64,000 nt of DNA from Phycisphaerales bacterium (GTDB lineage: Bacteria; Planctomycetota; Phycisphaerae; Phycisphaerales; UBA1924), in the NCBI GenBank assembly GCA_038328575.1, contig JBBQMD010000004.1, positions 22,528 through 86,527 on the forward strand, in the 5' to 3' direction. The notes below the pieces were generated by a model that searched no databases, had not been told where the DNA came from, and saw nothing but the letters and a program-made list of their open reading frames with translations. Shown here piece by piece: positions 51,791-60,614 of this stretch; positions within the stretch are counted from its first letter, which is position 1, and each line of letters starts with the position of its first letter. A program made the position numbers and the translations under genes.

Positions 51791-53404
51791 ATGTTCGACA
51801 CCGCCTTCGCTTTCCTGACGCTCGCTGAGTTTGATCTGCAACAGTGGATCGCCCCGCTCTTGGTCGGTGCCGCGGCGGGGATGGTCGTCGCCGGGCCGGT
51901 CGCGGTGCTGATCTACCAACGATTTACGGGCCAGACCGTGGCGCGGGCGCGCGAAGAGGGCGCGAAAATCACCGCCCGGGCGGAAGCAGACGCCAAATCT
52001 GTGGTGACCCGCGCCGAGCTGGAGGCCGACCGCAAGCTCCTGGAACGCAAGGAGCGATTTGAGACCGATCTGAACAAGCGCATGGCGGAGGTCCGCGAGA
52101 CCGAGCAGCGGATCCAGAAGCGCGAAGACACCATCGACCGGAAGCTCGAAACGCTGACCCAGAAGGACGATCAGCTCACGCGCCAGCTCGACTCAAACAG
52201 GGCCCGCGAGCAATCTTTGGCGGCCAGGGAAACCGAACTGACCGGGGTTCTGGGCGAGCAGCGTGAGCAGCTGCTCCGCATCGGCGGCATGAGCGACGAC
52301 GAGGCCCGCGCGCAAATCCTGACCCGTGTCGAGGAGGAGAGCCGGCACGACATCGTGAAGGTGCAGCGCAAGATCATCGAAGAGGCCGAGGGGCATGCGA
52401 AGGAGAAGGCCCGCGAGATCACGCTGATGGCGGTCCAGCGGTACGCGACGGAGCACACCGCCGAGAGCACGGTGCGCGCGGTGCCGATCCCCTCAGACGA
52501 CATGAAGGGCCGGATCATCGGTCGCGAAGGCCGCAATATTCGCGCCATCGAGAAGGCGACGGGCGTGGACATCATCGTTGACGACACGCCGGGCGTGATC
52601 GTTGTGAGCTGCTTTGACAAGGTGCGTCAGGCGGTCGCGGTCGAGAGCCTTCAGCGTCTCATCGCCGACGGGCGCATGCACCCCTCGCGCATCGAAGAGG
52701 TCGTCGAAAAGGTCAAGAGCGAGATCGAAGAGAAGATCGTCAAATACGGCAAGGACGCTTGCCTCGAAATCAACCTTCGCGGCGTTCACCCCAAGATTTC
52801 CGAGGCCATGGGCAAGCTCCACTTTCGCACCAGCTACGGCCAGAACGTCCTGCGTCACAGCGTCGAAGTCGGCTTCCTCTGCCAACTGATCGCCGACCAA
52901 CTCGGGCTCGACGGCACGCTCGCGCGGCGCTGCGGCTTCCTCCACGACATTGGCAAGGCGATGGACCAGGAGCAGGAAGGCACCCACCCGAAGATCGGCT
53001 ACGACTTCGCCAAGACCCACGGCGAGCGCGAGCCGGTCCTCAACGCCATCCTCGGGCATCACGCAGATGTGCCCAGCACGAGCTTTTACACGCCCATCGT
53101 GATGGCCGCGGACGCGATCAGCTCCGCCCGCCCGGGCGCGAGGCGTGAGAGCATGGAAAAGTACATCCAACGCCTCGAAGAACTCCAGGACATCGCCCGC
53201 GCCCACGCCGGCGTGACCGAGGCGTACGCGATCCAGGCGGGGCGCGAGGTCCGCGTCATGGTCGATGCCAAGAAGGTCAGCGACGACGAGGCCTATTCAA
53301 TCGCCCAGAGCATCGCCAAGCGCGTGAGCGAAGAGATGACCTTCCCGGGTGAGATCCGGGTGACAGTGCTGCGTGAGACGCGGGCGATTGAGATTGCGCG
53401 GTAG
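51791..53404 (+). CDS. rny: Ribonuclease Y
   Basis: N-terminal TM, coiled-coil, KH 'GRIIGREGRNIRAIEKATGVDIIVDD', HD 'FLHDIGKAMD...ILGHH'. Confidence 0.9.
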   Translation: MFDTAFAFLTLAEFDLQQWIAPLLVGAAAGMVVAGPVAVLIYQRFTGQTVARAREEGAKITARAEADAKSVVTRAELEADRKLLERKERFETDLNKRMAEVRETEQRIQKREDTIDRKLETLTQKDDQLTRQLDSNRAREQSLAARETELTGVLGEQREQLLRIGGMSDDEARAQILTRVEEESRHDIVKVQRKIIEEAEGHAKEKAREITLMAVQRYATEHTAESTVRAVPIPSDDMKGRIIGREGRNIRAIEKATGVDIIVDDTPGVIVVSCFDKVRQAVAVESLQRLIADGRMHPSRIEEVVEKVKSEIEEKIVKYGKDACLEINLRGVHPKISEAMGKLHFRTSYGQNVLRHSVEVGFLCQLIADQLGLDGTLARRCGFLHDIGKAMDQEQEGTHPKIGYDFAKTHGEREPVLNAILGHHADVPSTSFYTPIVMAADAISSARPGARRESMEKYIQRLEELQDIARAHAGVTEAYAIQAGREVRVMVDAKKVSDDEAYSIAQSIAKRVSEEMTFPGEIRVTVLRETRAIEIAR

Positions 53405-53735
53405 ACAGAGGGCCGCTGTCGGCCGCTCGCTTGCAACGCGATTTAGATTTATTGGCGAATGTTCGAGGGCAATGGTGCCCAGCAAACGCCCGGACCTTCA
53501 ACCCGCACTCGCCATCCGCCCCCAGCCCACCTACCATGCCCGCTTCAAGCCAGCCGAGATTCGGCGGTTGGCCGTCTGCGTGCCGTTGTGGCCTGTGGGC
53601 GAGGGGCTCGAAAGTAAAGCTGAAGCGCCCTGATGGCGGTCAGCGCGACGACCCAGGGACGGGCGCAAGCCTGTCTGTGTGGGGTCAATCGCTCCCGAAT
53701 CGCTGCCGCTGGTGTCGCTGAAAGAGGATTTTCGT

Positions 53736-54584
53736 ATGGCGAATCAACTCGTGCAGGACCTGATTGAAGCGGGCATTCACTTCGGCCAGCGCTCGGCGAA
53801 CTGGAACCCGAAGATGGCCCCGTACATCTGGGGCAAGCGCAACAACATCCACATCATCGATATCAAAGAGACCATCAAGGGTCTGCTTCTGGCCAAGAAG
53901 TTCCTGACCCGCATCGTCGCCGATGGCAAGGACGTCTGCTTCGTCGGCACCAAGCGCCAGGCCCGGGCGGTGCTTGAGACGCAGGTCACCGCGGTCAAGA
54001 TGCACTACGTCACCGAGCGCTGGCTGGGTGGCACGCTGACCAACTTCCGCACCATTCGCTCGCGTCTGAAACGCCTCGAAGAGATCGAGGGCATTTCGCT
54101 GCGCGACAACTTCGCCAGCTACTCCAAGAAGATGGAGAGCCAGCTTCGGCGCGAGATGGACAAGATCAGCACGAACCTCTCGGGCATCCGCAGCATGGAC
54201 AAGCTCCCGGGCGCGATCGTCATCATCGACACCAAGCGCGAGATGAACGCCCTCAAGGAAGCCAGGAAGCTCGGCATTCCCACGGTCTGCCTCATCGATA
54301 CCGACGGCGACCCGGACCTCGCGGACATCGCCATCCCCGGCAACGACGACTCCATGCGCTCGATTGACGTCGTCGTTCGCGAGCTCTGCCTGGCGATCGC
54401 CGAGGGCAAGCAGCAGCGCCAGGCCAAGCTCGATGGCGACCCGGCCCATGGCGCCGCGGGCGTCGGCGGCGCTGGTCGCGATGGCGGCCCTCGTCGCAGC
54501 TCGCGTGCCCAGTTTCGCGCCGATGATGCACCGGCCATGCCCGAAGAGGCCGCGGCGGGTGCCCCGGCTGCCAAGCCCGCCTGA
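53736..54584 (+). CDS. rpsB: 30S ribosomal protein S2 with Ala/Gly/Pro-rich C-terminal tail
   Basis: 'LIEAGIHFGQRSANWNPKMAPYIWG', 'VCFVGTKRQA', 'ERWLGGTLTNF'. AAGAGG lies upstream of ATG 53736. Confidence 0.92.
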   Translation: MANQLVQDLIEAGIHFGQRSANWNPKMAPYIWGKRNNIHIIDIKETIKGLLLAKKFLTRIVADGKDVCFVGTKRQARAVLETQVTAVKMHYVTERWLGGTLTNFRTIRSRLKRLEEIEGISLRDNFASYSKKMESQLRREMDKISTNLSGIRSMDKLPGAIVIIDTKREMNALKEARKLGIPTVCLIDTDGDPDLADIAIPGNDDSMRSIDVVVRELCLAIAEGKQQRQAKLDGDPAHGAAGVGGAGRDGGPRRSSRAQFRADDAPAMPEEAAAGAPAAKPA

Positions 54585-54848
54585 TCGCGGTGCGCCGAGG
54601 CGGTTCGTGCGATCGGTCGATCATCGACCCGTCACACGCCCGCGGCGCGAGCGAACAGTCCACAAGGGCGAGGCGATTCGACCGTTCGCAGCGCGACACG
54701 CCCACGCAGCGTCTCGCGCCGCCTCGGTGAATCTCGAATCCGCTCAGGCCTCCCGTCATCAGCAAGGCGGGCGTATGGGCACGAGCGCGTGAGCAATGGT
54801 GAGCGAGTCTTTGACTAAACGACGAACTTGATCTCAGGAGTGACGAAT

Positions 54849-55694
54849 ATGGCAGCAACCGAGATTTCAGCCGCAGACGTGATGAAGCTCCGCAACCGCA
54901 CCGGCCTTTCGATGATGGAGTGCAAAAAGGCGCTCGTCGAAGTGAGCGGCGACATGGAGAAGGCCGAAGACCTGCTCCGCAAGAAGCTCAAAGGCAAGAT
55001 GGACAGCCGCACCGATCGCGCCGCCGGCGCGGGTCGCGTTGCGGTGTCGATCAACAACACCCCGGGCGGCGGCCAGTTCCCCTTCGCCTCGATCATCGAG
55101 GTTCGTGCGGAGACGGACTTCACCGCGATGAACGAGACCTTCGTCAAAATGGCCAGCCTGGTCGCCGATGAATCCGCCAAGGGCGTCCCCGGCAAGGTGC
55201 AGGCCCCCACCACCGCCGCGACGGCCGCGATCGACGAGCTGCGCATCAGCACCGGCGAGAACTGCTCGCTCGCGCGAGGCATGAAGCTCTCCTGCGGCGA
55301 CGGCAAGAGCGTCTTTGGCGCGTACGTCCATCACGACGGCAAGACCGGCGTGCTCATCCAGGGTCACGGCGAGATCACTGCGGAACTGCTCAAGCAGATC
55401 GGCATGCACATCGTCGCGGCGGTGCCGGTCCCCAAGGGCGTGTCCGCGACAGACATCCCCGCCGAGATCGTCGAGAGGGAGCGCAAGTTCCGCATCGAGC
55501 AAGCCATCGAGAGCGGCAAGCCCAAGGAGATCGCTGAGAAGATGGTCGAGGGTGGCATGCGCAAGTTCTTCGAGGAGATCGCGCTGCTCGAGCAGCCATA
55601 CATCATGGACCCGACGAAGAAGGTGAAGGACATGCTCCCCAAGGACGCGTCGATCGTGGCGTTCGTGCGGTACGCAGTGGGCGAAGAAGCCTGA
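54849..55694 (+). CDS. tsf: Elongation factor Ts
   Basis: 'VMKLRNRTGLSMMECKKAL' UBA-like N-terminus and 'EQPYIMDPTKKV'. AGGAG (54836-40) sits 8 nt before ATG 54849. Confidence 0.92.
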   Translation: MAATEISAADVMKLRNRTGLSMMECKKALVEVSGDMEKAEDLLRKKLKGKMDSRTDRAAGAGRVAVSINNTPGGGQFPFASIIEVRAETDFTAMNETFVKMASLVADESAKGVPGKVQAPTTAATAAIDELRISTGENCSLARGMKLSCGDGKSVFGAYVHHDGKTGVLIQGHGEITAELLKQIGMHIVAAVPVPKGVSATDIPAEIVERERKFRIEQAIESGKPKEIAEKMVEGGMRKFFEEIALLEQPYIMDPTKKVKDMLPKDASIVAFVRYAVGEEA

Positions 55695-55739
55695 GCGACC
55701 GCAACGAGGCGATTTCAAGTTCAATGAGCAACCACAAAG

Positions 55740-55762
55740 ACCGGCGCCGTGCGCCGGTTTTC
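55740..55762 (+). terminator. Rho-independent terminator after tsf
   Basis: ACCGGCGC-CGT-GCGCCGGT followed by TTTC. Confidence 0.7.
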
Positions 55763-55802
55763 ATTCGTGGACGGAAGGAAACGGAACTCAGTACACTCTG
55801 TT

Positions 55803-56387
55803 ATGGATATCCGACCCGGCGAGCAGTACACAATTCGCAGACGCGTGTTTCAGATTTTCGGCGCGTCGTTCAGCATTCTCGGACCCGACGGCGCGGTCCG
55901 CGGTTATTGCAAGAAGAAGGCTTTTAAGCTTCGCGAAGACCTCCGCATCTTTACCAACGAATCGAAGACCGCCGAGCTGATGAGGATCCAGGCACGCCAG
56001 ATTATTGACTTCAGCGCGACCTACGACGTGACGCTCCCCGACGGCGCGGTGCTGGGATCACTGCGTCGAAAGGGCCTCGCCAGCTCATTTCTCCGCGATG
56101 CCTGGCTCGTGTTCGACGCGGGCGGCAAGGAGATCGCCCAGCTCGAAGAAATCGGCTCGTTCCTGGCGTTCGTTCGCCGCTATGTTGACGTGGTCGCGTT
56201 CCTCTCCCCGCAAAGGTTCACTCTTCGTGCCAAGGACGGGCGCGAGATCGCCACGTTCCGGACACACTTCAATCCCTTCGTCTATCGCCTGAGCATCAGC
56301 GTGCTTGCCGATGATGACGAACTTGACGATCTCATGATCCTCGCGACGGGCTGCCTGATCGCCGCGATCGAGGGGCGTCAGGGCTAA
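55803..56387 (+). CDS. LURP-one-related / scramblase-like (tubby C-terminal-like fold) protein
   Basis: The repeating pattern 'YTIRRRVFQIFGASFSILGPDG...KKKAFKLREDLRIF...' and the C-terminal 'DDLMILATGCLIAAIE' resemble the bacterial LOR/DUF567 family. Assigned by pattern recall only. Confidence 0.5.
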   Translation: MDIRPGEQYTIRRRVFQIFGASFSILGPDGAVRGYCKKKAFKLREDLRIFTNESKTAELMRIQARQIIDFSATYDVTLPDGAVLGSLRRKGLASSFLRDAWLVFDAGGKEIAQLEEIGSFLAFVRRYVDVVAFLSPQRFTLRAKDGREIATFRTHFNPFVYRLSISVLADDDELDDLMILATGCLIAAIEGRQG

Positions 56388-56402
56388 TCAACGGCCCAGC
56401 GG

Positions 56403-57233
56403 CTAGAGCTTTGCGGCGCCGGCGTCGTGGAAGATCACTTCGCTGGCTTCCTTCTTCGCGGCGCGTCGGTAGCCCAGCACGCCCAGCGGGAACGACAGGA
56501 TGTAGATCCCAAAGACGATGCTCGCGGTGAGCCAGCCGTCTATCATGATGCCAAAGACGAGCAGCGCCACGCCAGCGATCAGCGCCGGCACGATCCGCCG
56601 GCTGACGCGCATGCCCTTGACCGACCACATCGGGATCTTGCTGACCATGAAGATCGCCAGCATCGCCGTCCACGCGATCGTGAGCCAAGGCGAGATCGTG
56701 AGCTTCAGCGACGAAAGCTCGAGCATCGGCGGGATCAGCACTGCGCCGCCAGCGCTTGGCGCTGGCAAGCCCGCAAAGAAACGCCCTGTCGGCGCGCCCG
56801 GGCGTTTCTTGCTGACGCTGGCCGCGAAGCGCGCCAGGCGGATCGCGGCACAGAGCGCAAACAGCATGACCACCAAGAGGCCGATCAACTCTGTGTCGCG
56901 CCCGGTGCTGTTTGCGCCCGCAAACTTCCACTGATAGATGATGAACGCCGGGGCAACCCCGAAGGCCATGAAGTCGGCCATCGAGTCGAAGACTTCGCCG
57001 AAGCGGCTTGTGGCGCGCAGCAGTCGGGCCATGCGCCCATCCAGGCCGTCGAGGATAAACGAGATGATGACCGCGACGAGGGCCTCTTTAAAAAGCGATT
57101 GCGTCGCGTAATGGACCGCCGCCAGGCCGGCGCAGAGCGAGGCCGCAGTGATCATGTTCGGGAAGAGCTTGCGAAGTTCCACCTCACCAGGGCGCAGCGG
57201 CGTTTCGCCATCTCTGGCGCCCTCCGGGCTCAC
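56403..57233 (-). CDS. pssA: CDP-diacylglycerol--serine O-phosphatidyltransferase
   Basis: CDP-alcohol phosphatidyltransferase motif 'DGLDGRMARLLRATSRFGEVFDSMAD'; multi-TM. Confidence 0.85.
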   Translation of the reverse strand: MSPEGARDGETPLRPGEVELRKLFPNMITAASLCAGLAAVHYATQSLFKEALVAVIISFILDGLDGRMARLLRATSRFGEVFDSMADFMAFGVAPAFIIYQWKFAGANSTGRDTELIGLLVVMLFALCAAIRLARFAASVSKKRPGAPTGRFFAGLPAPSAGGAVLIPPMLELSSLKLTISPWLTIAWTAMLAIFMVSKIPMWSVKGMRVSRRIVPALIAGVALLVFGIMIDGWLTASIVFGIYILSFPLGVLGYRRAAKKEASEVIFHDAGAAKL

Positions 57234-57967
57234 CGCATCGCTCCGCTGCTGACCTGCGCCGCGTTGGCCCGCACGATGGTTTCGACCTGCGGCTTCGGCG
57301 GCGCAAGCTTCGCCAGCAGCGATTCGCCCGCGATCACGTGCTCACCCACCTGCACCAGGATCTCGGCGTCCTGCGGCATGTAGATCTCCGCCCGCGAGCC
57401 GAATCGGATCAGCCCGAAGCGCTCGCCCGCGACCACCGACTGGCCCTCGCGCAGCGAGTTGACAATCCGGCGCGCCACCCACCCGGCAATCTGCACGAAC
57501 GCGATCTGCCGCCCACGCGGGTCGGTGAGCAGGACCGCCGAGCGCTCGTTGTGCAGGCTGGCCTTGTCCATCGAGGCGTTGAAGAACGTCCCCGCAGAGT
57601 ACACGACCTTGTTGACCTTGCCCGCTGCCGGCACCCGGTTCACATGGACGTTGAAGATGTTGAGGAAGATCGAGACCCGCTGCATCGGCAGATACTCGAC
57701 GCCCGCCTCGCGCAGGGCGGTGGGCAGCGGCGCGACGTCGATCTTGATCACCCTGCCGTCGGCCGGGCTGATAACCTGGTCGGTGCCCGGTGGGGTCACG
57801 CGGGCCGGGTCGCGAAAGAACCAGAGCGACCAGAGGGCGACGATGAACGCCCCGAACATGATCGGAATGCCCCACCACGCCAGAAAGATGACCGACAGAC
57901 CACCCAAGATCAGCGCGCCAGCGACGATGGGAACAATGACAACCCAACCTTCAGGAGCAATCTTCAA
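57230..57967 (-). CDS. psd: Phosphatidylserine decarboxylase (short, membrane-anchored type)
   Basis: 'ISPADGRVIKID' and 'IRFGSRAEIYMP' (self-cleavage Gly-Ser region). 4-nt overlap with pssA. Start placed at TTG 57967 before the TM region; the track ORF reaches 58162 through an Arg-rich stretch I consider non-coding. Confidence 0.8.
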   Translation of the reverse strand: MKIAPEGWVVIVPIVAGALILGGLSVIFLAWWGIPIMFGAFIVALWSLWFFRDPARVTPPGTDQVISPADGRVIKIDVAPLPTALREAGVEYLPMQRVSIFLNIFNVHVNRVPAAGKVNKVVYSAGTFFNASMDKASLHNERSAVLLTDPRGRQIAFVQIAGWVARRIVNSLREGQSVVAGERFGLIRFGSRAEIYMPQDAEILVQVGEHVIAGESLLAKLAPPKPQVETIVRANAAQVSSGAMR

Positions 57968-58323
57968 GACGAGCCTCAACCGGGCCGCAGGAGCCCGCGA
58001 ACATGAAACTATGCCTCGCCGCCGAGCACAGCGAGGACGAACCTGTGAGTCTATGCGCGTGCCCGAGGCGGCGTCGATCGGTGTGCGTTTGGTATTCCGG
58101 GCAGACGCGCTCACGCCCGGAGCGACGAACTGACGCGAGTTGGGGCCATGCCCGCATGCCAACCTCAGCGGCCTCAGAAGGCCGCCAGCGACTCAGCTCG
58201 CCTGCGACTGTGAAGATCACGTCAACGCCACGCCAGCGCAACGCCGCCCCGAGCCACCCCGCCGTCGCGCCCGCCGCGTTGAGCCCCGGGCCGTCCATCG
58301 CACCTCTGCACGGCCCCCAGCAC

Positions 58324-59229
58324 TCACCGCCCGCGCTTCCCCGGCGCTGGCGGTGCCGCGACCACCCCGCCCTTGCGCACAATGAACAAATAGTGAAACC
58401 CGCGCAGGAAGAAGTTTGACTCTTCCGCCGCCTTGCGGTGGTTGCCCATCGCCAGCTTCTGGTTCTTGCGCGTCACGCACACGATGTCCACCGGGTCAAA
58501 GTGGTCGCATAACAGCGCAAAGAGGTTGAAGCCGATGGGCATGAACACGTCGCGCCCCGCCCGCTGAGTCCGGCGCCACGAGTCTGAGACATACAGCGCC
58601 GCGTGCTTGCCCGGCTTCAGCACCCGATGCATCTCCGCGATCACCTGCTGCATCGATCCGTAGTACGCCTCCCCACCATCCTCGCCCGCGGCGTCCAGCT
58701 TCCCAATGCACCGCGGATCATCCGAATACGCCACGTGCGTCGAGAATGGCGGGTCCACAAACACAAAGTCCACCGACGACTCTTTCAGCGGCATTGTCCG
58801 CGAGTCATTCAACTTGATCTCCGGTCTCTGCGGCTGCAAATCAAACCCCAGCCCGTTGCGATCCAAGTCCGCGCAGACGTCCAGCGTCGTGCCGCTGCCG
58901 CACATCGGATCCAGCACGCTGTCGCCCGGCTGCGTGTACCGCATCAATAGGTTCCAGATCACCCACGAAGGCGTCGCGCCCGCGTAGTCCTTGGACCCCT
59001 GCATCGTGTGGGTGCGGTCGCTGCGCGTTCGCGCCGATTTGGAGGTGTGTACCTGCCCGTCACGATCCACCCAACGGTCGTAGTGCTGGCTCGGATATTC
59101 CCAAAGCGTCGTCACCTGCAGCGTCAACGGCGGGCGCGGCCCCGCGCCGCCAGCATCCTCACCTCGCGCGGGCGAGCGATCCGGGCCGGGGCGCGATGAA
59201 CGAAACGAGCGTGGGCGAAACGGCGGCAT
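58324..59229 (-). CDS. SAM-dependent methyltransferase, N6-adenine/N4-cytosine DNA MTase-like (orphan)
   Basis: 'GDSVLDPMCGSGTT' (motif I) is followed ~45 aa later by 'VDFVFVDPPFS' (motif IV). N-terminal 'TLWEYPSQHYD'. No nuclease gene is adjacent. Confidence 0.65.
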   Translation of the reverse strand: MPPFRPRSFRSSRPGPDRSPARGEDAGGAGPRPPLTLQVTTLWEYPSQHYDRWVDRDGQVHTSKSARTRSDRTHTMQGSKDYAGATPSWVIWNLLMRYTQPGDSVLDPMCGSGTTLDVCADLDRNGLGFDLQPQRPEIKLNDSRTMPLKESSVDFVFVDPPFSTHVAYSDDPRCIGKLDAAGEDGGEAYYGSMQQVIAEMHRVLKPGKHAALYVSDSWRRTQRAGRDVFMPIGFNLFALLCDHFDPVDIVCVTRKNQKLAMGNHRKAAEESNFFLRGFHYLFIVRKGGVVAAPPAPGKRGR

Positions 59230-59478
59230 GATCGAGGATACTCACACGCAATCAATCAAATCGGATGACGTGCCTTCGTGCCACTGAACGGCTCTGCGTT
59301 CAGTGCGTCGCAACATCCCAAACGCCAAGCACCGGCCTCTCTACGCGTGACCCCTCCACCTTTCCGCCACAATCGCTTCACCGCTTGAACCCCGAATGAA
59401 CCTCGTTTCACCCCGCCGCCCACGCCCGGCTCATCGCGATCCACACCGCTCTTGTCACTCTCACAAGGGGCCTTCCAC

Positions 59479-60564
59479 ATGCGCACGCTCGCCGCCACGC
59501 TCACACTCTTCTCCGGTCTCATGCTCGCTGGCGGGTGCCAGCAGTTGAAGAACGACTCTGACGCGGTTTCGGGTGCTGGCTCCGTCGGCCTGACGCAGCG
59601 GATGCAGGAAGTGCTCGACGAGCACGCGTCGCTCGGGCCAAAGCCGATCGAGACGCTCTCGCCAGCCGAGGCCCGCCAGCAGCCGAGCCTCGCCGACGCC
59701 GCGAAGAAGTGGCTCCGTAAGCACGCTGGCTCCGACGCGCCCGAAGAGGTCGGTCGCATCGAGAACCGCACCTTCACCTCGCCCGGCGGGCGCGAACTTG
59801 CCGTTCGCATCTATTACCCCAAGGGTGCCTCCGCTTCCGGCAGCGCCAGCGCCGGATCGCTCCGCCCCATGGCGGTCTACTGGCGCGGCGGCGGCTGGGT
59901 CATCGCCGATCTGGACACCTACGACGCCTCTTGCCGCGCGCTCTGCAACGCCGGCAACTGCATCATCGTCTCGGCCGATTACCGGCGTGCCCCGGAAAGC
60001 CCCTTCCCCGCAGCGGCTGACGACGCCATGGCCGCCTATCGCTGGACCTTGCAAAACGCCCGCTCCATCGGCGGCGACGCCAAGCGCATCGCGGTCATCG
60101 GTGAGAGCGCCGGCGGTAATCTCGCCGCGATCGTCGCGCTCTCCGCAAGCGAAAACGGCCTCCAGCCCCCCACCCGCCAGATCCTCATCTACCCCGTCAC
60201 CAACTACGGCTTTGACACGCCCTCGCACCGGCAGCACGCAAACGCCAAGCCCCTGAACCTCACCATGATGCGCTGGTTCTGGGAGCATTACCTGCCGAGC
60301 CCCGCCGCGGGCGCTGATTGGCGTGCATCGCCGCTGCGTGCCCCGCAGGCGATGCTCGCAAAGTCGCCCCCCGCGATCATCATCAACGCCGATGTGGATC
60401 CCATCCGCAGCGACGGCGGGCTCTACGCCAACCGCCTGCGCGACGCCGGTGTCCGCGTCCAAACGCGGAACTACGAGCGCGTCACGCACGAGTTCTTCGG
60501 CATGAGCGCGATCCTGCCAGAAGCCAAGGACGCAGTAGAGTTTGCGGCGCAGGGGCTGAAGTAA
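59479..60564 (+). CDS. Alpha/beta hydrolase, hormone-sensitive-lipase-like esterase (lipoprotein)
   Basis: Lipobox 'LMLAGGC', oxyanion 'WRGGGWV', nucleophile elbow 'GESAGGNLA', C-terminal 'RVTHEF'. Confidence 0.8.
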   Translation: MRTLAATLTLFSGLMLAGGCQQLKNDSDAVSGAGSVGLTQRMQEVLDEHASLGPKPIETLSPAEARQQPSLADAAKKWLRKHAGSDAPEEVGRIENRTFTSPGGRELAVRIYYPKGASASGSASAGSLRPMAVYWRGGGWVIADLDTYDASCRALCNAGNCIIVSADYRRAPESPFPAAADDAMAAYRWTLQNARSIGGDAKRIAVIGESAGGNLAAIVALSASENGLQPPTRQILIYPVTNYGFDTPSHRQHANAKPLNLTMMRWFWEHYLPSPAAGADWRASPLRAPQAMLAKSPPAIIINADVDPIRSDGGLYANRLRDAGVRVQTRNYERVTHEFFGMSAILPEAKDAVEFAAQGLK

Positions 60565-60614
60565 GCCAGAGCACAACCTAGCGACGGCATGAAAACACGT
60601 TCAACGGTGCGCGG

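Noticed and set aside
57968-58162. A 65-residue Arg-rich N-terminal extension of Psd
   Set aside because: Its composition is unlike a membrane-protein leader. TTG 57967 directly precedes the TM segments.
58324-59229. A restriction-modification system, or a link between this MTase and the GATC clusters
   Set aside because: No nuclease or specificity gene is adjacent, and nothing in the sequence indicates GATC specificity. The connection would be pure speculation.
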